A DNA stretch of 64,000 nucleotides from assembly GCA_012295275.1 (NCBI GenBank), contig CM022672.1, positions 14,818,001-14,882,000 of the forward strand, given 5' to 3'. Of the stretch, positions 39,719 through 51,752 are shown one piece after another. The position numbers and the translations under genes were made by a program. The notes below the pieces were generated by a model. It saw only the letters and a list, made by a program, of their open reading frames with translations, searched no databases and was not told the origin of the DNA. Position 1 is the stretch's first letter; the number at the start of each line of letters is the position of its first letter. This stretch comes from Chrysomallon squamiferum. Taxonomy: Eukaryota; Animalia; Mollusca.

Positions 39719-40532
39719 ATATAAATTTCAAATTATATGTAATTTAAATAACTCACTCCTCTATTATTGATTGGTAAGAAAGGAGACAATCATCAGAAAA
39801 TAACTTCATCAGACATGTACGAAGTTCATGTGCTCTTTTACCTAGCAAACAGCACAATACACATATTATACTATGCTCAACTTAATAATATCTCAGTAAC
39901 CATTATTTTATTTCAAAAAAGGATTATTTGGTATTTTGTTATTTATGCAAATTCTTAGTTCAATGTTTATCAAAACAGAGTTATTTTTAATAAGACAAGC
40001 CAGCTACTTTGATTTATATGTTCAATTAAGTTACATATTAAATTGTTAAACATAATATTTAAATAGTTGCATTTAAAAAGAAAAAGAAAAAAGAAGCATG
40101 AATGTATTAAAATTAACTTACCATCAAAAAAAATAATGACATTACCAAACATACTATCAAAGAATGTCTTGTAGCCCAACTCAAAGTTGATGTTATCTGA
40201 AAGGAAAAAGTGAAATAATCAATTATAAAATCTATTTAAAAAGTATTAAATTAATAAATGTGTTAATTTAGTGACTTGAAAAGTACAATACACTTCTATA
40301 AATTAATTGCCATATCAACAAATAAAATGTTTAAATATTTACCATCTAAAACTTGGATAACACCAGCATGTGATCCTATAAACACTGTAGGCTTGTTAAG
40401 AATTCGAGCTGCAAAGATCATTGAGTTTGTTTCGTCCATGTTTTTCCTCAGGAACTTGATGGGATCCTTGGAAAATTCAATCGATTTGTCTCCCACAAAT
40501 GGCCATCCAATCCGACCTGGGACATCTGCCAT
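35485..40532 (-). CDS. Cytochrome P450, CYP26-clan/'CYP120-like', 11 coding exons, ~414 aa, atypical I-helix
   Basis: Exons (minus strand): 40532-40343, 40196-40122, 39841-39757, 39445-39410, 38881-38748, 38056-37977, 37582-37385, 37075-36977, 36659-36532, 35994-35913, 35622-35485. They sum to 1245 nt in frame. Pro-hinge VPGRIGWPFVG, K-helix ETQR (ExxR), PEEFLPERW, heme loop FGSGPRCCVG. The clan assignment comes from recalled motif similarity only. Confidence 0.9.
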
Positions 40533-41599
40533 GTAATTATTTCAGATAGATGATGTTTACAAACTGGTTAACAACAGCCGAAATCCTTTTGCCTTGCATT
40601 TTGAACAGGTATGGACCTAACAGAACAATATTGTTTAATATCAGGTTTGCAATGAAAGACCACACAAAATATTCAATGTTAAATTTTTGGTTTTAAAGGT
40701 CTATGGGATGTCTTTCACTATTTCAGATTACACCCAAGTGTGAAGTTATAATTTAACCTATACAGGATGGTTGATGTCAACACTTTATGAGAGAGTTAAT
40801 AATAAAAAAATGTTTAAGCTTCTGTTTTGAGCATTACTGCAATTACATTTTACCAGCAATACCTTTCGGATTTGTTTGGTAGTGAGAAAAATATAAATAA
40901 AATTAAAAATTTATGACAGCAAATTTGGTTTTTTTTTACTTTTAACTGCTTCTGGTTTTGTCAATTAAATATTATTTCTTTCCGATTTTTTTATTTGTTA
41001 TTATTATTATTGTTAAAAAATAAAATAATAATATCCATTTTCTTATATATATATATATATATATTTGTAATTACTTCTTGTGGAAATCTGGTTTAGACAG
41101 TTCGGATATTTGAAATTATTATTACTATTATTAAGTTTAACACACACACACACACACTGATAGTGATAGTGATAGATATCTAGATACACGTATTTTCATT
41201 TAAACTATATAAATTTATACATTTCATTTGCATTTGAAATAATAGCTTTACGAGATAGAGAATGAATTTAAACAACTGTACCAAATGTTCATCCTGGGAA
41301 TGAGTTTGATATCGTGCCCAACCTATTTTAAAAATGAAAACCGTCAGTGTTCACTTAATTTTAGATAAATTACGGTGGAGAGAAATGAAGTTTATTTTTC
41401 ATCATGCACACAGCACTGTATATAAAAACTAAAATGTGACGTAACATAATAAATACATTTACGACACTAAGCAATATTTACAGTTTTATCTTATTTATCC
41501 TATATCCATGTCAATTGTACTTATAACATTTCTTTTAAATTTTTAGGATCTTGCGAAGTTACAGAAGTAAACAAGAAACGCCTATTTCCTTTAACATTC

Positions 41600-41710
41600 T
41601 TACCAATTTCTATTGGTTAAGGTAACAGCTTGGGGTTTTTCAATTAGAGATATCCATTGGCTACTGTTTACTTCTTTTTCGCGGGGAAACGAAGCAGGTG
41701 GCGCGAAAAT
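41600..41710. promoter_or_regulatory. UNG promoter (probably bidirectional with the P450) with two inverted E2F sites and CCAAT boxes
   Basis: TTTCGCGG at 41677-41684 and GCGCGAAA at 41701-41708 (reverse complement TTTCGCGC). CCAAT at 41603, ATTGG at 41612 and 41656. Local CpG enrichment. Confidence 0.65.
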
Positions 41711-41724
41711 ATATTTATTAGCTA

Positions 41725-44700
41725 ATGGTGTTCAGCAGTTTGGTTAAATTCCGTTTCAAATTGGACATGATCGGACAGCCGAAAATATCATCGTTTTTTA
41801 GTACTAATTCTTTGAAAAGACCTTTGTCAGAGTCAGTTAAAGATCAGGTAAAACAAAGAAATGGTTGTCAGAATGGTTAGTTTAAAATACATAATTTCAA
41901 ATTTATGTGATAATTATCTCTAGTGGCAGTGCACAATCTCGTAATAAATTAAAGTGTGGTCTTAAACTAACACCTAATTGTATCGTAAAATGTAAAAGTT
42001 AAAATTTATTTCGTATTCAGGCTACCTGTAAGAAAATCAAGACGAGTCAAAGTGACGATTCAGAAATAAAATCGGATTCGCTTGAAAAGAAGAATCCGGT
42101 TTCAAAAAGTGCACCCCAACTAAGTTTGCTAGTTGGTATTGGACCCACGTGGAAAAAAGCTCTGAGGCCAGAATTTGAGAAGCCTTATTTTTTGCAGGTA
42201 TTATTATTGTCTTTTTCTTCCCAAGTTAAATGAAATGTTGCGTCTGTTTTTAAAACCTACATATCGAGCCATGGCAAATCTGTGGCTGGTGGTCTCGGTG
42301 TTGAAGTTTCGTAAGTGTGAACAACTGATCTGATTGCTTAGCAAAGTTCAGTTTTACATTATTAATAACTTTCAGTTAGCTTCATGAAGTAGATGCTCTT
42401 CCATTTGACTCCTCATCAGGCATTTACAATTATGCTCAACAAAATATAATTTTTTTTATACTGTATTCAGTGTTTTGATGCAAAGATCTGCACTCCTTCC
42501 TTAATCACTAAAAATCTGATCTTTACATTACATCTGTACAAAAACTATGCATCAGAACTAAATGATGTCATGGAAATATAATTCTGTTTTCTAAGATTGA
42601 AATCCAGCTGATACAAACATTAGCATCTGCACAAGCATCAAATGCAGAAAAGTTGTGTACAGAGTAATGAACACAGATTTGTTTCAGTGATCTGTGTGCC
42701 TTTCTTAATAATCATCTGTAATAGATTCCAAGGCAAACCAAAATTTCTTCAGTTCACTGAATAGTCTCATATCTACTGCTCAGGCAAAATCATTTTAATT
42801 TGAAATTTGAAATTGTAATATATTGCTGACTTTCTTGGGTTTAGGTATCAGCTTTAAACATTTACATATAAAGTTGAAAACTGTACTTATTATTACAGTG
42901 TAAGATATCTCAGACTGTTGTCTGCCAGCTTAATTCAAATGCCAGCTAGAAGAGTTTCACAACTTTTTTTTTTTTTCCCCAGCTGTTCCATAACTGTTGA
43001 TTTTTTTTTTTTGCATTTGTATTTGTGTCTGTACACGTATACAATTTTGTTTAAACTGCATTATAATCTCTTCATTTGAGATTTATTTAATTTTTATTTT
43101 GTGATTTCAGTTGTCTAAATTTGTAGAGAATGAGCGGGCAAGGTACACAGTTTACCCACCAGCTCACCAAGTGTTTTCCTGGACTGCCATGTGTGATATT
43201 CAAGATGTAAGTGTAACTGTTCTTCTGAAGTTTTCACGCTTGCACAAGTAAACACTTGGAGATACCTAATTAACTTACAACATCTCAACAGTCACCCTGA
43301 AACATTTTTATTCATTTATAAAACATTCATGCAGATTTTTTGTAACTGAATATTAGTTAAATAGCTTTATATGATGCTTATCTGGACACTTTTATGAATC
43401 TCTGTTTAACAAACTTATCTTCAAAAAAATTATTAATATTCTGTTATATACTGGCAACTTCTGAATTCTTTTATTTATTCATATATATTTTTTTATTATT
43501 GATAATTCATCTGACATTTAAAACTTTTTTATTATCACTTTTTATATATATATTAAAAGAAATTTATTTTAAAATATTTACAGCAACATAGATTTATGGT
43601 TACTTTTATATTATTTCCATTGTTTTGTTTTTGCAGGTGAAAGTTGTAATGCTGGGTCAAGATCCTTACCATGGTCCAAGACAAGCTCATGGTAATTGTG
43701 CACAATTTTACTTGATAATTTTTAGTAACAGAGTGAATTCAGTGATATAACATTAATAAGTAATAGTATATTAAATTATTCAGTAGTTGTTCCATTCCCA
43801 CATTAAACAACAAATTATTAAAAAGGTTGCAGTTAAACATTTCAAGGACTTGATAAAAAATAGTTTGAAGGGGGGTAAATGAAGTTAACCTTTAAGTTTT
43901 TTTTCTCACTTAGATTATTGATTTGTTACATTTTCACACATAATATCATCAGTAGCCATTATGTAATGAAGAACATTAATACCCTGCTTTACGTCATTTT
44001 GGTCTGTCAGATTTCCATCCAGAAAAAGTCATGTAAGCAATGTCACCTATGTCATAATGAAACATATTCTTTTAAATTCTTTAATGCCTGAGCCAGGATT
44101 ATATTCTTAATGTTTATCTAGCTGTAAAGCATTTTTGGAGCACACTATAAAGTTTACAAATATTATTATTTTATTAATAGATTTTTAAGGTTATGTTCCT
44201 TACTTATGCTAGTTTTACAGTGTTTGTGATAAAAATTGGGTTATGTCATTGCTTTCGAAACCAGTTAATGACTATATTTAAAAGCGGGACATTTTAAAAT
44301 TTTTGTTTTCTTTTAATTCTAAAACAAATGTGTAATGTTACCAGCACGTGATAAAAATATTTTACATTTTAGGTCTGTGTTTCAGTGTACAACAAGGGGT
44401 GCCACCACCACCAAGGTAAAATGTTCAGGCATTTAATTTTTTTTAAAAGATTTTATATTTTTATATTTTTATATATATATATATATATAAATAATAAAAT
44501 AATTGCTCAGAATGATAAAATTGTTTTTTCTTTAAAAGAAAATGTTTGGTTTGTTGAGTCAACTAAACTTACAGCAGTTTTATGTTGCTAAATACATTTA
44601 AAAACTGATTCATGCCAGACATTCTGCTAACCACATACAAGATAATTTCATGAAGTATTCTGTGCAATAAATATTTTATTTACCCTATAGATCTAGCCTG

Positions 44701-46103
44701 GCTTTATGGTAATTCTGATAAGAAAGAAAATTTCAAGCAATTTGAAGAGGAAATTTGTATTTTACTTTCAGTTTAGTAAACATGTACAAAGAACTGGAAT
44801 CTGATATTGAGGGATTCAAACCTCCTGGTCATGGAACACTAACAGGCTGGGCCAAACAAGGTGAATTATGTCATAGTATTTTAAGTAATGTGAATCATAT
44901 GCAGCATGTCTTTTATATGAGCTGTCACCTATTTATATAACAACAAGGAAATATTCAACAATGTATGATGAGTCAATTCAGGAAAATGCAATTGGTGTGG
45001 GTAGGTTTCTTGTCTAATCATGTACAATATTCTTTATTATTACAGTTAACCGGTAACTAAATCATTGTAGTTTGCCACATTTTTTATTTATAAGCTTTTT
45101 TTTTATTATTATTATTTTATTCTATTCTGTTCTATGTTATTATTATTCTTATTATTACTTGAGGGATTTTTTTATTTGAACACTGGAGGAAAAGAACTGA
45201 CTGATATTAATATTGGTTGGAACTTGAAATAGTACCACAAAACCTTTTCTGTGAATTCAGTTGGGTTTTTTATCTTATTTGTTTTTCAAGGAGTTCTCTT
45301 GCTAAATGCCTGCCTCACAGTTCGATCAGGTTGTGCTAACTCACATGCAGGGAAAGGTTGGGAGAAACTCACTGATGCTGTCATCATGTGGCTAAATAAA
45401 AACCTAGATGGAGTTGTCTTCATGTTGTGGGGAGCATATGCTCAGAAAAAAGGAGCTTGTATTGATAAGGTTAATTTTTTGTTTTAATATGTGTAATATT
45501 TTATCTAATTACTTAATATTTCTGAGGTAACTTTCCTGAAACATGCTTCAGAGTCCATTGATTAGGGCCCAGTTTTTTAATGACCCCCAACCCTATCACA
45601 GCTTAAATAATAAAGTAAATAAAATTGATATATCAACCAATGGTACAAAAATATTGTTAGTATATTAATCCCAAACTAAATCTTTAAAGATATTTCTTTT
45701 TTTCACAAATTTACAGTGCTGCAAAAAACCCACAAAAAAATACTATTTTTGCTGCTTAAGATTCAACAGCTTAAACTTTTATTTTGGTGTCAAAAATTAT
45801 TTTCAGACAATTTCATGAATAAACTTACTGCTGTAATTGAATATCATGCTTTTTACAATCATGTCTCATTTCTGTATATATATATAATTGTGTGATATGT
45901 GTTCTTGATTCTTAAATTTCAATAAATGTATTTTTTAAATATATTTTTAACAGAAAAGACACCATGTCTTGAAAACAGTTCACCCTTCTCCACTGTCAGC
46001 TCATCGTGGATTTTTCGGTTGTAAGCATTTTTCGCAGTGTAATGCGCTGTTGAAGAAGCAGCATAAAAAGCCAATAGACTGGACCAACTTACCTGCTGAA
46101 TAG
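41725..46103 (+). CDS. UNG: Family-1 uracil-DNA glycosylase, 8 coding exons (303 aa from ATG 41725, or 289 aa from ATG 41767)
   Basis: Exons 41725/41767-41847, 42021-42197, 43111-43206, 43637-43691, 44373-44415, 44772-44860, 45291-45469, 45954-46103. Motifs: PIP-box [45 protein letters not shown]. Confidence 0.96.
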
Positions 46104-46739
46104 AACTGTAAGAATGAGAGTTCCTGCATACAGTTCTTACACTGTAAGACAGTATTAAATATCAGTTCGTTAGTTTCTTCTTTTTATTATTTTCCCTTGA
46201 GTGGATGCAAGAACTTTTTAATCTTGTAACAAAAAAAAAAAGTATTATAACCATTCATTTTGATTTTGTATTCTAGTTATTTTCCACATGTGTTGTTTTC
46301 TAATGTGTGTGTAATTTTTGGGGGTGGCGAGATATCTATGAAAGATTTTCATGATTTTTATATGCTTGTATATTAATAGCTGAGAGTATCTTAATGTTTG
46401 ATCATTTTTACCATCATTCCGAATCAATGTGATGCTTTTAAATGTATGTTTTGATTTTTCAAATTTATGTTGCATTACCTTTCATTGGACGCTGGTTTTA
46501 AAACCAGTGTTGATGAAGTGGTATTACCATAGTTGTTAGACTGCTTGAAACTCGGTGAATTCCTTTTCTCTGCAGAAAATTACTAATAGCTGATTAAATG
46601 TATTATTATCTTCTTTAATAATATTAATCATTATTTTATGTTGCATTTCATGACCATTTGTTGTAACATATTCTTGTTTATTGTCTGATGTTCCTCCCTT
46701 CAGTTTGTTTTTTGTGAATTGTAATAGTATTTGTCTTTT

Positions 46740-47530
46740 TCATACCATTATTCATCCTAATTGTCCATTCCTTTACTGTCATCTCTCATTGCATTATTCA
46801 TCACAATTCTCCATTACATTGTTGTCTTTCATTGCATTATTCATCACAATTCTCCATTACATTACTGTCATCTTTCATTGCATTATTCATCCTAATTCTC
46901 CATTAAACTCATCTTTCATTGCATTATTCATCCTAATTCTCCATTACACTCATCTTTCATTGTATTATTCATCCTAATTCTCCATTACACTCATCTTTCA
47001 TTGCATTATTCATCCTCATTCTCCATTAGTCATCTTTCATTGCATAATTGTCCATTATGTTGTCATCTTTCATTGCATTATTCATCACAATTCTCCATTA
47101 CATTGTCATCTTTCATTGCATTATTCATCATAATTGTCCATTACATTTGTTCATCTTTCATTGCATTATTCATCGCAATTCTCCATTATATTTCTGCCAT
47201 CTTCCATTGCATTATTCATCATAATTCTTCATTATGTTACTCATCTTTTCATTGCATTATTCATTGTAATTCTCCATTACATTTGTCATCTTTCATTGCA
47301 TTATTCATCCCAGTTCTCCATTATATTTCTTCCATTTTCCATTGCATTATTCATCATAATTCATTATGTTAATCATCTTTTCATTGCATTATTCATTGTA
47401 ATTCTTTATTTTACTGTCATTGTTCATTGCATTATTCATTATAATTGTCCATTAATTTACTGTCATCTTCCATTGCATTATTCATCATAATTCTCTATTA
47501 CGTTAGTCATTGTTCATTGCATTATTATCA
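46740..47530. repeat. Minisatellite with a ~39-43-bp unit downstream of the UNG stop
   Basis: Unit TCATCTTTCATTGCATTATTCATCACAATTCTCCATTAC, about 18 copies. It explains the spurious ORFs at 46681-47490. Confidence 0.9.
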
Positions 47531-48647
47531 TTTTACTATCATTTGTATTAGTCATGTTACCAGTTGTCATCTTTCATCACAATTATTAATTTTTTCCTTT
47601 TATAATCATTGACTGCTATTTGTTTGTTACACATTTTCATTTTGTCGCATAATAAATTGGCAGTTAAGTTTTCATCATCACAGTACTCATTTTTATTTTA
47701 TTATTTTTTCCCATTATTTATCATTTTCCTCTCACATTAGTCATTTTAGTTTTTCATCAGGACATTAATCATTAATTCTGTAGTGTTTGTTTCTAAATAC
47801 TTGTATTCAAATTAGGAATCTTTTCCAGATCATTTTCATGCAGCATCTTCCCAAAAATGTTAGGATAGTACAAAAAAAACAAAAAACAACTAAATATGTG
47901 ATAAAAGAAAAAAAAATAATTGAAACATTTTTCTGAATCATTGTGTCAAACAAAAATAAAAATAATAATAATTTTTTATTTACTCCAATTCTGTGATTTT
48001 TCACCTGGTGTGTCCCTTTAAACATCGTTTTCCATCATAGTATCATTCTCATTTCATTACATCATTTCTTTTATATTATTAATGACAATTTATCATTCAT
48101 TTTTCATTATGTTAATCATTTTCACATTTCACATGTTGCTCATTTTCCATTAAATAATTTTGTTCTATTTCATCCACATCTTTACTTCGTATTTTTTCAG
48201 TAATCCTAATTTAAAAAAAAAAAAAAAATTAAAAAAATTAAAAAAATTCTTCATTTCTGTAACATTATTCATCACTCATCGATTTTCATATCCATTTTCA
48301 TTCACAACATTACTTTCTAATTTTTATCACTTCCCACTTCGCCATTATTTATTATTTTTAAATGACATTAGCCTTGTTTTAGTGTCATCCCTTCATTCAT
48401 TCTTCATAATTCACATCATTATCAGATTTGTATCTCAGTATTTTTTGATAAATCCAGACACATTTTCTGTTGCCTTGATTGTCAATTTCTGTAACATTTA
48501 TCATTTATTTAGTCATGTACTCTTTTCCTTAAAAAAAAAAAAAAAATATTCAATATCCTTTTTTTTTTTATTCTACTACTTTCCAATCATGTCACATTTT
48601 ATCATTTTCATTAGCTGTCATGTAACTGTAACAAAAGTATATAAATA

Positions 48648-48679
<32 letters not shown>

Positions 48680-50235
48680 GCTCTGTTTTCTATGTCTCCC
48701 TGTCTGTTCATGTTTCATTAATCATATCACATTTTCTGTTGTCAATTTCTGTGACAGCGTTTATCATTTTCATTCTCATTTGAGATTGCTCTCATTTTCA
48801 GTTTTCAGTTAACATTGTGTATTTTCTGTGTCATAATTTGTCTTTAAAAAAAAAAAAAATTCTCTCTTCTATCTTAAAGATTATAATTAATGTCACCTGT
48901 ACTTTTCTTAATTTGCTCAAAGCATCAAAAGTTCTGCTCAGTTCTTTGGAAAAGTTAAAGAGAACTGATTAAAAATACAGTCTAATGCCTGTTTTCATTA
49001 ACAACATAACTTGTTCTGTGACATACACTACTGACAGTTGTGATTTGTGATGTTTTTACTCAATTTTCATTTTCTATCACAGAACTCAATAATTTTCTGT
49101 TTCGCATCAGACATCTTAAATTCATATTTGTAACTCTTAACATTTCATTTCAAATTCACATCATTTATTATTCATGTATTTCATTTATTTTTCCATCACA
49201 TTTCTCATTTCTTTCATTTTTTCATCACATTACCAATACTTTCTCTTTTTTCTTTTTTTTTTTGCCAATACTCATTTTCATTTTACATAATGTTCATTTT
49301 TCATCATATTTCACATTTTCACTGTTCATCACATCACCAGTACTTGTTCTCATTTTTCCAATCATATCAGTCAGTACTCATTGTCATCTTTCATTATACT
49401 AACTACTTTCAGTTTTCATTTACTCACTTTCCTTTGACATTTTTTTAGCTATCAGTAATAGTTTTGTATCATGTTATTCATTTTGTCACAAATTCTGACG
49501 TTTTCTATCACATTTCTCATTATCATTGTATCACTCATTTTTGTTTTTCATCAATTTACTCATTTTTCATTATATCACATCACTTATTTTTTTATTGCAT
49601 TTATTTTCATTCTGTCACATCTCTCATTTCTGTTTTCCATCACATTACTTTTTCATTGCATCACATTCATTTCATGATCATGTCACATCATTTTTATATC
49701 ACATTTTCATTATCATGTCACATTCACTTTTTTATCATTCATTTTCATTATGTCACATTCCTTTTTTTTTCATCAATTTATTCATTTTTATTTTTCATTA
49801 CATTTACTCATTTTCATGATTGTGTTGTCTCTCATTATTTTCCATCTCACTGTTCATAAAACTCACTGTTCATTTTTTTTTGTTTCTACTCATAACGTTA
49901 TTCATGTTTCAGTTATCTTCATTGTCGTCTTTCTCAAATGATTCTAACTGAAAAAAAAGAGTTTACTGTCTGAAAATAGATGAACAGCCACTAGACATTG
50001 TTAAAGAAAAAAAAAAATTGCAGTGTCTATTTTGTCTAACGTTATGATAAGAGTAGCTGCAACTTTCTTAGTATTTAAAATATATTTTTTTAAAGGATCG
50101 CTCACTTTATTTTATTTTTTAATCATTGCATTCTAAGTAAAAAAAGTTATTATTTTGAGGTAGATTTTATTATTTTTAGTTTTACTTTGAATGCTGTTTT
50201 TTAAGTCATAATTCACTGATTCGTTTGTCATTGAA

Positions 50236-50355
50236 TGTGTTATCATGTGTACTTAATGTTATTGTGTATGTGTCCTATCAGTATCATCTTGTGTGTTATC
50301 ATGTGTACTTAATGTTACTGTGTATGTGTCCTATCAGTATCATATTGTGTGTTAT
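50236..50355. repeat. ~56-bp tandem duplication
   Basis: TGTGTTATCATGTGTACTTAATGTTA(T/C)TGTGTATGTGTCCTATCAGTATCAT occurs twice. Confidence 0.8.
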
Positions 50356-50813
50356 GTGTTCTCCATGATATTGTTTACTTTCAATATCATCTTACACATA
50401 ACCCCACTTGTCATATAAAATAAATATATTGTTGTTATCTTGTATACTATACTATAATTCATCATATTCTGTGTGCTTCTATTAGCTATTGTCTGCATTT
50501 ATGTTACGTCTTCATTAATCATTTGTTCTAACTGTTCTGCAGTTATCATATTCAGATAGCATTTATCAAAATATTGTTCTTCATTAAGCATGTATCACTT
50601 CCAAGTATCCATTATTATCACTCACTTCATATGGTTATTAGCTAGTAAGTTTTTTTTAATTTTTTTTATTTTAGTATAAGTTAGTGTAGATTATTTGAAA
50701 ATCACATTTTCACACAAAACCTTTTTCAAAGTGAAATTTTATTCATTCAGCATGTATCACTTCCTGGTATTCATTAGTCCATCAATTTTTTAAATTTTTT
50801 TAATGTTATTATA

Positions 50814-50873
<60 letters not shown>

Positions 50874-51721
50874 CATGAAATTTCGTAGTGTTTTAGTTTC
50901 TGTGCAAGATAAAAAAAAAAAAAAAAATTAGCAATTTTGAAATATTTTAAAAACAAAAATGCTTATATATATAGATATATATATTTGTATATGTATATTA
51001 GAGAAAAACACAAAATTAAAAAATAAATGCTTTATTGCTGAATATATTTTCATCAACTGACAAATATCAGTTCTTAACAATTTGAAAATTAATTTTGTGT
51101 ATATCACAGAAATGTGTGTGACTGTAAAGAATATAATTCTTAAACTGGATCTAAGTTGTAAACAGTATGTGTTAAATTTTAGTAAATCACAATCATGGCT
51201 TTTCTGAAATGCGTACATTAGTATGATTTAGTAACTTTGCTGCCTTAATTTTTATTTATTTTTTGTCTTTGTAATTTATAATGCTGCTTTAAATTCATTA
51301 CTGATCATGTAAACTGGAACAATATGGTGATTTACTGTCTGTGAGATGTAACAGGTCAGTTTCATTCTGGTACTGGAAAGGTATACTGCCATGTATTGTT
51401 ATGGTTCCAAAATAAGTAGCTAAAATAGCACCAAAGAAACCAAATTTTTTATTTTTATTTTATCTAAGATGTTTAGCATCGAAACGTTTTAGCTGAGGTG
51501 TTAACTACCAATACACTAGTCCCAGATTTCATATTAAAAAGTAGTTAGTATTTGTGAGAAGTAGCTGTATGCATGTGTGTTCATATGGTGTGTGTGTGTC
51601 TCTCTCTCTGTATATATATATTTCCAGTTTTATAATACATGTGCTTATATGTTCAGTTATGTTTTATTAACTGCTTAGCAAAATGTTTTTTGTTCTTAAA
51701 AATAAATTGAAATCCAAAATC

Positions 51722-51752
<31 letters not shown>

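Noticed and set aside
35485-40532. Bacterial contamination or recent horizontal transfer of a soluble CYP120-like gene
   Set aside because: The gene has ten canonical spliceosomal introns in its CDS and host-like composition. Ancient origin can only be judged by phylogeny.
46681-49941. Hydrophobic F/I/H-rich ORFs as membrane proteins
   Set aside because: They arise from the minisatellite and the G-poor low-complexity tract in several frames at once.
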